Positions 29,383 through 38,783 of a stretch of DNA of 64,000 bases are shown here, piece after piece. The position numbers and the translations under genes were made by a program. Numbering within the stretch: position 1 is the first letter of the stretch; each line of letters begins with the position of its first letter. Source of the stretch: a virus; the IMG/VR virus record IMGVR_UViG_3300046028_006182, positions 12,142 through 76,141 of that record. One strand, 5' to 3'. The notes beneath the pieces were generated by a model. It was not told the origin of the DNA. It searched no databases and saw nothing but the letters and a program-made list of their open reading frames with translations.

Positions 29383-30271
29383 AAAGGTTAAGCCTTTAAA
29401 AGTAAAAGAGTTTAACTTCAAGGATGCCCAATTAGCTTGGGCGGGCCTTAATGAGTATTTGGCTACCCAGGAGAAAGAGGTTTATGCTAGAGGCGGCGGT
29501 AGGTATGGACCCGCTCTAAGAAGCTACGACAATATCGTATATATTAGGGATGGGAGGATAGACCCCAACTTTGACTTCTCCAGTATGCTTGGATATACCG
29601 GCCAGAAGTGGACTTCTCTAGTAAAAAACTATGTTGACCTTAATTATCTTGACTTAGTTAAGTCCGAAATACTACGGCGGGAGAAAACTAAGTCTAGGAG
29701 CTATAACTTTAGCTTCCATTTCAGCAATAAGTACCACTCTGGGAAAGATTGCTTGATAAGTATATCTTTTATCCGTAGGCTAGATAAAGATAGGCCCATG
29801 CTAATCTTTACAACTAGGGCTACAGAGGTAACGAAGAGGCTAATCTTTGACCTGCTACTTATCCAAAGGATAGGAGAGTATGTATATGGTGAAGGTACTA
29901 GGTTTGAGGTTATGTTATTCCTACCGATGATGTATATCTCGGCAGAGCACTTTACTTACTACCATGCCTATAAACCAATACCTAGGGTATTGGGTATGCC
30001 AAAGAACAAAGGGAAGCTGGGCAAGTTCAGTGCTAGATGTTGGGAAATATACCGCAGGTTTAAAAAGATTGACGTTACCAAGGTAAAGTTTAAGTCGGAC
30101 CAGAAGGCAATAGCTCAACTGCAAAGGGTTGTAGCCGGTAAGTCTTTAGGTAAACCCCTAATTGCTGAGCAGCTTAGGTTAGGTACTATCATTGAGTTCC
30201 CAGAGGATTGCATTTCCCCTAAGGAGCGTAAGAGGTTTGTAAGATTAAGAAATCAAAAGGCTAAGGAATGA
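29366..30271 (+). CDS. Divergent thymidylate-synthase-fold protein 1
   Basis: KDCLISISF...TTRATEVTKRLIFD aligns with TS PC...RSxD...N. Confidence 0.55.
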   Translation: MGRKVKKVKPLKVKEFNFKDAQLAWAGLNEYLATQEKEVYARGGGRYGPALRSYDNIVYIRDGRIDPNFDFSSMLGYTGQKWTSLVKNYVDLNYLDLVKSEILRREKTKSRSYNFSFHFSNKYHSGKDCLISISFIRRLDKDRPMLIFTTRATEVTKRLIFDLLLIQRIGEYVYGEGTRFEVMLFLPMMYISAEHFTYYHAYKPIPRVLGMPKNKGKLGKFSARCWEIYRRFKKIDVTKVKFKSDQKAIAQLQRVVAGKSLGKPLIAEQLRLGTIIEFPEDCISPKERKRFVRLRNQKAKE

Positions 30272-31059
30272 GCACATACTACAATCTAACTACCGCAATA
30301 AACCTAACCAGGGATAAGCTATTCAGCATGGGTACAATTACCCCCACTGAGAAGTGGCAAGGTAAAGAAGTTAATCGGGATATGCTAGAGCTCCTGGATG
30401 TTCACGTGAAGGTATTAGAGGTTCCAAATACTTCCCTAGAGTTAGCTGAGTTAATACAGCCCAATTTACCCTGGGCAGATATACACTTCGTTGAAAGGGT
30501 TGGAGGTAAACCCCTTAATCCGGGTGAGTCATACAAACAATGGCCTTTCTATGGACAGGACAGTGCCATGAGAAGCGTATCTCAGAAATTCTCACATACT
30601 TACATGGAAAGGTATTGGCCTAAGAAAGCTGGCATATCACCCGGTACACTAGAGTCCTCCTTTCTTAATAAGGGCATCAGGTATAGCTATGGGGATTTGC
30701 TTGATGTAATAGAGCTTCTAAAGAAGGAGCCTTCTACTAGGCAGGCATACCTTCCTATTTGGTTTCCAGAAGACACGGGGGTAACTTTCGGTGGTAGAGT
30801 TCCTTGTACACTGGGTTACCACTTTATAATTAGGGATGGGTTAATCAATGTAACTTACTACCTCCGCTCATGCGATGTTTTGAGGCACATGCAAGATGAT
30901 ATTTATTTAACTTGCTTACTCTTAAATTATGTGAAAGATGCACTATCAGAGGTAATGCCCGAACTAAAGAACGGGTACTACTCTATGCACATAGTATCTC
31001 TACACTGCTTTGCTATTGAGAAGAATAAGTTAAAAGCCCGACTAAAAAGCCCTGCATGA
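30268..31059 (+). CDS. Thymidylate synthase/pyrimidine (hydroxy)methylase homologue 2
   Basis: TRQA, RVPCTLGYHF, YLRSCDVLRHMQDD, SLHCF. Confidence 0.85.
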   Translation: MSTYYNLTTAINLTRDKLFSMGTITPTEKWQGKEVNRDMLELLDVHVKVLEVPNTSLELAELIQPNLPWADIHFVERVGGKPLNPGESYKQWPFYGQDSAMRSVSQKFSHTYMERYWPKKAGISPGTLESSFLNKGIRYSYGDLLDVIELLKKEPSTRQAYLPIWFPEDTGVTFGGRVPCTLGYHFIIRDGLINVTYYLRSCDVLRHMQDDIYLTCLLLNYVKDALSEVMPELKNGYYSMHIVSLHCFAIEKNKLKARLKSPA

Positions 31060-31472
31060 AAGAAAGAATATCCCGATTAGACTACTTTAAGGAGATGGTA
31101 CAAGTCGTCTCAAAAAGAGCTACTTGTGGCAGAGCTTGCCAGGGAGCTATAATTGTTAAAGAAAATAGGGTAATCTCTACCGGTTATAATGGGCCCGTAT
31201 CAAGGAGTAAACATTGTGAAGAGCTTGGCTGCAATGTAAATGAGTCCTGCAAAGTAAGCGTACACGCTGAAGCTAACTCAATATACTTTGCTGCCAAGCA
31301 TGGCATAGCCACGGAAGGAGCCTCATTATACTGTAGTACTGCCCCTTGCCACCTATGCGCTCAGGCTATTATCCAAGCTGGTATCACAGAGGTATTCTAC
31401 ATCAATGACTATAGGGATAGAGCAGGTATAGAAATACTGGAGTCTAGTAAAGTAGAAGTATCTAAATTATAA
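31056..31472 (+). CDS. dCMP deaminase
   Basis: RATC, TGYNG, HAEAN, PCHLC. Confidence 0.93.
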   Translation: MKERISRLDYFKEMVQVVSKRATCGRACQGAIIVKENRVISTGYNGPVSRSKHCEELGCNVNESCKVSVHAEANSIYFAAKHGIATEGASLYCSTAPCHLCAQAIIQAGITEVFYINDYRDRAGIEILESSKVEVSKL

Positions 31473-31493
31473 AGTACAACTCGTACCAACAAT

Positions 31494-33680
31494 ATGGAAG
31501 CTAGGTATAAGATTTGCAAGAACCTTGCACAAGTAAAAAAGCTAATAGCCTGCTGCAAAGAAACGGGATATGCGTGCTTAGATTTCGAGACAACCTCTGG
31601 CAAATTCTACGAGATAACCGAGCACCCCACAGTATTAGGCATATCTTATCAGCCCGGCTCAGCGGTAGTAGTACCCCTTTACCATGATGAGTCCCCGTTC
31701 AAACATAACTACAGAAAGGTATTAAAGCTAATAGGTAGGGAGGTAATATCAAATCCCGATATTGTTAAGATTGGGCAAAACTTTAAATTTGAGCACTCCT
31801 GGTTTCTAAGGTTTAATATAGTACCAAGAGGTAGGATATTAGATACAATGTTAGCTAAGTACTTACTGGATGAGGAAAGGCCGCATGACTTGAAGAGTAT
31901 GGTTTCTAGGTTTATACCTGAGTACTCTGACTATGAGAGCGAGATACAAGCCCTTGCTCGGCAGCATGGCTGGGCAAAGATACCTATGGAGCCACTAGCT
32001 AAATACAATGCCCTAGATTGCATACTCACTTTTAAGCTAATGCTATTCTTTGAGCCGAAGTTAATGGAGCTTAATATGTATTCGCTATTTAGAAACCTCT
32101 TGATGCAACTTAGCAGGACTCTTGCTGAGTCTGAGTATAGGGGTATTCTAGTGGATAAGCAATACTTAGAGGGTATAACTGCTGACACTCGTAAGAAGCT
32201 AGATGACCTTTACCAAGAGAAAGTAATTGGGCATAAGGTTATTAAAAGGTATATCCGAAAATCTACAAAGGTAAAGGTAAAAGCTTTAATTAAAAGCGTA
32301 AAGCAGGAGATAAGCGATTTACAAGAGTCGGGCAAAGGGATGAGTGACCGGGTAATAGTTAGTAGGTTAACTAAAATACAAAACTACTCTAGGGGCATAT
32401 TCACTACCAAAAAGGAGTTAAAGATGGTTGAGCCTATTAATCTAAACAGCTCACACCAACTAATAGACTTTCTTTTTACCTCGAAGCATGGTCTACAGCT
32501 ACCAGTAGTTAGATTTACAGTTGACAAGAAAACCAAGCAGCAGAAAACTACCCCATCAACGGATGAGACCAGCTTGCTAGAGCTACGAGAGCTAGATGAA
32601 ACGGGTTTTATTGATACCCTATTACTACACCGCTCAGAGCAAAAGCTATACAGTACCTATATGGTGGGTATATTAGAGAAGATATCCTCTAAAAATAGAA
32701 TACACACTAAGTTCAATATCCATGGTACTGTTACTGGCAGGCTATCTTCAACCAACCCAAATCTACAAAACATTCCCCGAAGTACTACATCATCCCTTAT
32801 CAAGAAGATGTTTATCCCACCACCGGGCTACCTAATACTTGAGGTCGATTACTCCCAAGCAGAGCTAAGGATAGTAGCTGAGCTTGCAAAGGAGAAAACC
32901 ATGATTAAGTGGTTCAATGAGGGTAGAAACATACACGTAGCGGTAGCTTGCAAAGCTAATGGTCGTGAAGATGACTATGATGAGATTTATAAGATAAGCA
33001 AAGACCCAAGCCACCCCGACTACAATTACTGGACTATCCGTAAGAAAAGGGCTAAGACTATTAACTTTGGTATCTTGTATGGGCAGGGTGCTAAGAAGTT
33101 AGCAGAAACTCTAAACTCTAAACTAGAGGAGGGTGAAAAGAAAACATCAGAGCAAGCGGCAGCTAAGTTCAAAAAGGAGTGGCTAGAAACTTTCCCAAGG
33201 ATTGATAAGTGGATTAAAGGGCAATTCAGATTTGCCTATGATAATGGATATGTCCCCACAGTATTTGGTAGGAAAAGGAGATTACCTGATATTTACCTTG
33301 AGAACTCTCACAAAGGTAAATTCCTAGAGGCTCAAAGACAATCAGTAAATGCCCCGATACAGGGTGCATCATCTGACTTTACCCTATTCAGCTCTATTAT
33401 CGTGAGGGAATATATACTTAAAGGCTTACTCCCTAGGGATATGTTGCAATGCTATACAGTACATGACTCAATTGGTTATTACATAAGACCCGAGGATTTA
33501 CACAGAGTAGTACCGATACTTGACGAGATATGCTCTAATCCCCAGACCGGGAAATACTTTCACTTCCAAGCTAAGTACGTTAAGATGAAGGTATCATTTG
33601 AGGTGGGCAGAAACTGGGGAAGTTTACAAGATTACAACCCAAGCATAAACTATACAGATTTTTTAAACCAACAAAACTAG
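31494..33680 (+). CDS. polA: DNA polymerase family A (3'-5' exonuclease + polymerase)
   Basis: DFET, TGRLSS..PNLQNIP, DYSQAELR, AKTINFGILYG, VHDS. Confidence 0.97.
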   Translation: MEARYKICKNLAQVKKLIACCKETGYACLDFETTSGKFYEITEHPTVLGISYQPGSAVVVPLYHDESPFKHNYRKVLKLIGREVISNPDIVKIGQNFKFEHSWFLRFNIVPRGRILDTMLAKYLLDEERPHDLKSMVSRFIPEYSDYESEIQALARQHGWAKIPMEPLAKYNALDCILTFKLMLFFEPKLMELNMYSLFRNLLMQLSRTLAESEYRGILVDKQYLEGITADTRKKLDDLYQEKVIGHKVIKRYIRKSTKVKVKALIKSVKQEISDLQESGKGMSDRVIVSRLTKIQNYSRGIFTTKKELKMVEPINLNSSHQLIDFLFTSKHGLQLPVVRFTVDKKTKQQKTTPSTDETSLLELRELDETGFIDTLLLHRSEQKLYSTYMVGILEKISSKNRIHTKFNIHGTVTGRLSSTNPNLQNIPRSTTSSLIKKMFIPPPGYLILEVDYSQAELRIVAELAKEKTMIKWFNEGRNIHVAVACKANGREDDYDEIYKISKDPSHPDYNYWTIRKKRAKTINFGILYGQGAKKLAETLNSKLEEGEKKTSEQAAAKFKKEWLETFPRIDKWIKGQFRFAYDNGYVPTVFGRKRRLPDIYLENSHKGKFLEAQRQSVNAPIQGASSDFTLFSSIIVREYILKGLLPRDMLQCYTVHDSIGYYIRPEDLHRVVPILDEICSNPQTGKYFHFQAKYVKMKVSFEVGRNWGSLQDYNPSINYTDFLNQQN

Positions 33681-33684
33681 GCGT

Positions 33685-34371
33685 ATGAGAATTGGATTAT
33701 CCGGACCAAGTGGCTCTGGCAAGACGACGATAGCTAAGATATTAGCAGAGTCATTAGGTATACCCTTTATCCCGACATCGGTAGAGAATGTATTAAGTGA
33801 GTGGCAAAAAGAATACCTAAGTCAGAAGTACGGTTATGAAGCTAAGGGCCATAAGAATGTTATCCAGCTATCGGGAGCTAATCCTGAATTTGCAAAAGAG
33901 TTCCAGCTCATGGTTAAATCGGGTAGAGCAGCTCTATTAGCTGAGCATGAAAGCTACATAGTAGACCGTACCGCTATTGACAACATGGCTTATTACTTAT
34001 CAGAGGGTGCTGCCTATGACACCTATGAGCAGTCCGTCCTATTCCTTATGGATGTTAGGGATAATCTAAAAGCCCTAGATGTTGTATTTGTTATAAAAGC
34101 AGTACAGCCTAGTAGAGAGGTAGAAGATAACAACTCTCGTATACCCAACTGGATATATCAGAAAGGGGTAGAGGGTAACTTCATTACAGCGAAGAATTTA
34201 ATTTACGACCTTGAGTCTTTAGATGAGTTGCAAGAGCTTCCCTTAGTACAGACTATAGGCTACTGGGATTTAAGAACTCGCCAGCAGGATATGCTAACTC
34301 GTATAGCCAAGAGGGTAGAGATGAAAGCTGACTTCATCAAGAAAGTAAAAATGAGAACCGATGAGTACTAA
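33685..34371 (+). CDS. P-loop nucleotide monophosphate kinase
   Basis: GPSGSGKTT; VDRTAID..AY. Confidence 0.75.
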   Translation: MRIGLSGPSGSGKTTIAKILAESLGIPFIPTSVENVLSEWQKEYLSQKYGYEAKGHKNVIQLSGANPEFAKEFQLMVKSGRAALLAEHESYIVDRTAIDNMAYYLSEGAAYDTYEQSVLFLMDVRDNLKALDVVFVIKAVQPSREVEDNNSRIPNWIYQKGVEGNFITAKNLIYDLESLDELQELPLVQTIGYWDLRTRQQDMLTRIAKRVEMKADFIKKVKMRTDEY

Positions 34372-34837
34372 GAGCTTAAGCCTACTCCTCCAAGCCAAGA
34401 AGTTTAACCTATCTAAGGTTAAAATACACGTAGATGGCAAGGATATTGAGATTGACTTGTATAAAGAGCTAAGGGTAGAACGTAGGCTAGTTAATATGGG
34501 GAGCGATGAGTTACGTCAGTTACCCCCGATATACGGCTTCTTAAAAACTATCGAGGCAAGGCTTACCGAGCAAGTAGAATTAGCAGTAAACAATGAAGAA
34601 AGGGTTTACTCTTTATTATTTGTAAGATATAAGAAAGATTTAGTAAAGGGAAGGCCCCCATCTGATGATACCGCAAAATACCTAGTAGTAGGTAGCAAGA
34701 AGTATCAAAAGGCAAAGGTAGAAACCATAAACCTTAGGGCTAACCTTAACAAGATTAAAGCAGCTACTCGTTCCTTTGAGATGAAGAAAGAGCTACTGCA
34801 AACCTTATCAGCTAACTCTAGGAAAGAGAAAGTATAA
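34361..34837 (+). CDS. UvsY-like recombination mediator
   Basis: Coiled coil ending FEMKKELLQTLSANSRKE; next to SSB and RecA. Confidence 0.55.
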   Translation: MSTKSLSLLLQAKKFNLSKVKIHVDGKDIEIDLYKELRVERRLVNMGSDELRQLPPIYGFLKTIEARLTEQVELAVNNEERVYSLLFVRYKKDLVKGRPPSDDTAKYLVVGSKKYQKAKVETINLRANLNKIKAATRSFEMKKELLQTLSANSRKEKV

Positions 34838-34864
34838 CCATATAACTATAAAAACCCCATCACA

Positions 34865-35665
34865 ATGGCAAAGAAAGTGAAAGACGACCTAGGGTCCAAC
34901 AAGAAATCAAAAATGAGCTTACAAGAGAAGCTGGCAAAGAAAAGAGAGGATGTAAAGAAAGGTGAGGGCGGGAACATTGATATGTTCTATGTAAAGGAGG
35001 GTGTAAATCGTTTTAGGCCGGCATTCTGTGGAGAAGATGTTGACTTCTCAATAGAAGTTATCTCTTTCTACCTCGGTAAGGAGATTAAAGGTTTTGTATC
35101 TCCCCATACCGTAGGTAAACCTTGCGCCGGTATGGAGGTATATAATGCCCTATTGAAGTCCTCTAATGAGAGCGACAAGGAGCTAGCTAATGAATGCAAA
35201 CCCAAAAGGAAGCAAGCTATTGCGATGCACAAATACAATGACGACAAGGGCAAAGAGCTTGACACCCGGTCGGGAGTTAAATTAACTCCTCTAGCCAATG
35301 GAGTATATGGGCAAATCCTGGATTTCTTTTTAGATGAGGAACATGGGGACTTTACCCACCCTAAAGATGGGTATGACATTAAGATAAAGCGTGAGGGTAG
35401 TGGGAAAGAAAATACAAGCTATACTGCTACTCCTTGTAAACCAACCGCTTTACCTAAAGAGCTTCAGAAAGAGGTATATAGCCCATCTAAGTTACTAGAT
35501 GAAGTTATCCCCTCTTATGAGGAGACCGTTTCCAAAATGAAAGAATTTCTGGGGTTGGATGAGGATGATGACCTTACTCAATTTATCCAAGAGATCTCCG
35601 GTAAGAAATCTAGCTCTAAGAAATCTAGCTCTACCAAAGAGGTTAAGAAGAAAAAGAAGAAGTAG
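34865..35665 (+). CDS. Single-stranded DNA-binding protein (gp32-like)
   Basis: GDFTHPKDGYDIKIKREGSG..TSY. Confidence 0.75.
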   Translation: MAKKVKDDLGSNKKSKMSLQEKLAKKREDVKKGEGGNIDMFYVKEGVNRFRPAFCGEDVDFSIEVISFYLGKEIKGFVSPHTVGKPCAGMEVYNALLKSSNESDKELANECKPKRKQAIAMHKYNDDKGKELDTRSGVKLTPLANGVYGQILDFFLDEEHGDFTHPKDGYDIKIKREGSGKENTSYTATPCKPTALPKELQKEVYSPSKLLDEVIPSYEETVSKMKEFLGLDEDDDLTQFIQEISGKKSSSKKSSSTKEVKKKKKK

Positions 35666-35687
35666 AGCATCGCAATATGCTTAAACT

Positions 35688-35723
35688 AAAGGGGAGTTAC
35701 TTTAACGAGTACTCCCCTTTTTT
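35688..35723 (+). terminator. Intrinsic terminator
   Basis: GGGGAGT...ACTCCCC plus T6. Confidence 0.75.
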
Positions 35724-35743
35724 AATCTAAAAACCCCAAGATA

Positions 35744-36892
35744 ATGGCAAAAAAGAAAGGTGGCTCAGGCATCACGGTTATGACCGAGTCAGAGATAAAT
35801 AAAAAGTACGCAGGCCTATCCACTAATGCGGCAGATGCCGAGGAAGAGGCTGGTAATATGTTAAGAATACCCACTAGGTGTATTTGGTTGAACTATCAAA
35901 CGGGTGGGGGATTTGTTTATGGTAGGGTACATGAGGTATTCGGCTATGAGTCATCAGGTAAAACCCTTTTAGCTAAGGAGGTGGGCATAGCTACTCAAAA
36001 GTTAGGGGGCGTAGTAATTTGGGGTGATGCCGAGAATGCTTTTGATTTAGCTTGGGCTAAGAAGGTAGGCCTAGACTTAACCCGTATGTTTATATACAAC
36101 CGTAATGACATTGAGGGTTTTTCTGACTGGGCTAGAGATATGTGCGTAGCTCAACGAAGTAAACTAACTAACAATGAACCAATTACTTTAGTTTTAGACT
36201 CTATTGCTGCACTAGAGTGCATAGATAACCTCAATGCCGACTCACTTGACTCGAAGGCGCAGATGGGTAATAGAGCTAAAGCTATCTACCGCTTTTACCG
36301 AGAACGTAACAACCTATTCTCTAAGCTAGGTATAACGGTTATAATGATTAACCAAGTACGTAGCAAGGTAGGAGCATCTATGTTTGAAGCTGCTACAACC
36401 CAGCCCGGGGGGGAGGCTACTAGGTTCTATTCATCTATACGAATAGCTATCGTACCTAGCAAGATGATTAAAGGACACTGGAATGATGCCTCGGGTGAGT
36501 GGGTAGACTCAAGGCTGAAAGAGAATGATGTAAAGGTAGGTAAAGAGGTTATTGTAAAGATTGAAAAGAATAAAACAGCTGCCACTGAGTCCGATGTGAG
36601 AACCGAGGTATACTTTAAACCCGATAAGTCTGGTTACGTAGGGTTCTCTAAGTATGCAGGGCTAGATAAGATACTCCTGGACACAGGTATACTTAAAAAG
36701 TCGGGCATGAGCTATGTATACCGATACAAGAAAGCAGACCACGTATTGACTAAGAAGCGGGATGGGATTATACCATGCTTGCAGAGCGATGACAATGCCC
36801 GTAGAGTAATCCTACAAAAGCTCGGGGTATTAACGATTTCAAAGGCAGCAGAAAGGCTGGAGTCTATAAAAACTAACCTATTCCCTGTATGA
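35744..36892 (+). CDS. recA: RecA/UvsX recombinase
   Basis: GYESSGKT, DAE, VLDSIAAL, INQVR, PGG.A..FYSSIR, KNK. Confidence 0.95.
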   Translation: MAKKKGGSGITVMTESEINKKYAGLSTNAADAEEEAGNMLRIPTRCIWLNYQTGGGFVYGRVHEVFGYESSGKTLLAKEVGIATQKLGGVVIWGDAENAFDLAWAKKVGLDLTRMFIYNRNDIEGFSDWARDMCVAQRSKLTNNEPITLVLDSIAALECIDNLNADSLDSKAQMGNRAKAIYRFYRERNNLFSKLGITVIMINQVRSKVGASMFEAATTQPGGEATRFYSSIRIAIVPSKMIKGHWNDASGEWVDSRLKENDVKVGKEVIVKIEKNKTAATESDVRTEVYFKPDKSGYVGFSKYAGLDKILLDTGILKKSGMSYVYRYKKADHVLTKKRDGIIPCLQSDDNARRVILQKLGVLTISKAAERLESIKTNLFPV

Positions 36893-37791
36893 GTACTCAG
36901 ATAATCCTTATAATAGACGGGCAGAATAACCTATACAGAGCTCACCATTCTTATCATGGTTTGAAGTCTACCTCTAATGAGCATACTTCTTGCATCTTTG
37001 GGTTCCCGTCTATTATAAAGCCCTTGCTTCAAAAGTTTAAGCCCCACAAAACCATAATATGCTGGGATGGTAAGCGAAGCAAAGAGCGATTGGAGATACT
37101 ACCCACTTACAAAGCTAAGAGGTCGGAAAGTATAACCGGCAATGAAGTAAGGGAAGCTATCCAAGAGCAGAGGCCCACAGTAATGAAATTGATATATGCC
37201 CTGGGTATTTGCCAAGCCTATAGCAAACAGGTTGAGGGGGATGACATGCTATATATGGTATGGCGAAGGTACAAGAGGCTAATCAAATCGGGTAAGAGCT
37301 ATAAATTGATTATAGTATCACGTGATAAGGATTTCCATCAACTTATAGATAAGGACACATCAGTATGGGACCCCTTCAAGGGTATGCTGCTAACTAAGAA
37401 TAACTTGAAAGCCTTATTTAACTATGAGCCACACGAGGTAGTAGACTACCTATGCTTACTAGGGGATAGTTCAGATAATATCCCCGGATATCGGGGCTTC
37501 GGTGAGAAAAGGGTTAGAGAATTCATAGATAACTACAAACTCGTGAATGGGCAATACCGGATAAAAAAACCCATGAGAGTAGACCTCATCAAGTTAGCTG
37601 ATACTCTAGCGGTTAATAGGAAGCTAATAGACCTTGCCATGTTTCACAGGAAGCACCAACCTAACAAAACTATCGAGTACTTCAATTCTAAAAGAAACCC
37701 GAAGCTAGACGTAGGGGCTGTGAAGAATATAGCTAGGAAGTATAGCATAGGGACTTTCTTTAAAAGTGATTTCCTAAAAACCTTTGAGTAA
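36889..37791 (+). CDS. 5'-3' exonuclease/flap endonuclease
   Basis: IIDG, YKAKR, EGDD, SRDKD, GDSSDNIPG..GFG. Confidence 0.93.
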   Translation: MSTQIILIIDGQNNLYRAHHSYHGLKSTSNEHTSCIFGFPSIIKPLLQKFKPHKTIICWDGKRSKERLEILPTYKAKRSESITGNEVREAIQEQRPTVMKLIYALGICQAYSKQVEGDDMLYMVWRRYKRLIKSGKSYKLIIVSRDKDFHQLIDKDTSVWDPFKGMLLTKNNLKALFNYEPHEVVDYLCLLGDSSDNIPGYRGFGEKRVREFIDNYKLVNGQYRIKKPMRVDLIKLADTLAVNRKLIDLAMFHRKHQPNKTIEYFNSKRNPKLDVGAVKNIARKYSIGTFFKSDFLKTFE

Positions 37792-38783
37792 TGAGAAGAA
37801 AACCTATAGCCTTAGCCGTATCTGATATCCACTTCAATGAGTGGGCTCAGTATAATTCAGATGGAACAAGAACCTACCAAGGTAAAAGAATACTAAGCAC
37901 TCTAGCGAACCGATGCAAAAAATTAAATGTTCCTTTAATCTTTACCGGAGATTTACTACACGATAACGATAGAGTAACAAATACTATACTCCGAGACGTT
38001 AACGACTCCTTTAGAAATTTAAAAAGGAAAGGGGTGCGCTTTATAGCTATAGATGGTAACCATGACCAGGTGAGGAAGAATTACATTGATAGCTTCAGCC
38101 CTAACTATATTGAGTCTTTGAGTTATGCTTTCTCTAATATTGATTACTGCAGGTTCACTGCCACCAAGGTATCAGACGGCATACTAGCCATAGGTATACC
38201 TTATATAACTAACAACAAGGACTACGGTACAGCTGTAAAGATATGTGTAGACAAGCTAGAGGAGATAGACCCCCGGCACAAACGTAAGTGGGTATGCTTG
38301 ATACACACATCACTACCGGGTGCAAAGGAGCCGTCAGGCTTTGAGAGAACGGAGGCTGAGAATATGAACCGTACCTTTTACAAGATGTTTAAGGATTTTG
38401 ACTTAGTATTATCCGGCCACATACATAAACCCCAAAGAGTAGCTAAGGGTATCTACATGCTGGGTGCTCCTGCCCATCAAACGAAGTCAGACATGGGTTG
38501 TGAGATGGGCTATTGGGAAGTATATGAAGACCTTACTATGAAGTTTAAGGCCTTAGATGAACCCCAATACATACCGGAGCATGAGGCTAAAGACTATGAC
38601 ACATACAATTATATAGTACCTACGGTTAGAGAACCGGTATTGCCCGAAGGTACCCAGGAAGCTCAGAAATTTCTAAACACGGACAGCAGGGTTAAGATTG
38701 CCAAGAAGTATTGCAAGGCTAGGGGTATCAAGAGCAAGAAACTAAGGAACACATTAGACGAAATACTAAGAGAGGTAGAATGA
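37791..38783 (+). CDS. sbcD: Mre11/SbcD-like nuclease
   Basis: SDIH, GD, GNHD, GHIH metallophosphoesterase motifs. Confidence 0.9.
   Translation: MRRKPIALAVSDIHFNEWAQYNSDGTRTYQGKRILSTLANRCKKLNVPLIFTGDLLHDNDRVTNTILRDVNDSFRNLKRKGVRFIAIDGNHDQVRKNYIDSFSPNYIESLSYAFSNIDYCRFTATKVSDGILAIGIPYITNNKDYGTAVKICVDKLEEIDPRHKRKWVCLIHTSLPGAKEPSGFERTEAENMNRTFYKMFKDFDLVLSGHIHKPQRVAKGIYMLGAPAHQTKSDMGCEMGYWEVYEDLTMKFKALDEPQYIPEHEAKDYDTYNYIVPTVREPVLPEGTQEAQKFLNTDSRVKIAKKYCKARGIKSKKLRNTLDEILREVE

Noticed and set aside
31494-36892. Introns or inteins in PolA or RecA
   Set aside because: Both ORFs are uninterrupted, of ordinary length, and show no splice or homing-endonuclease motifs
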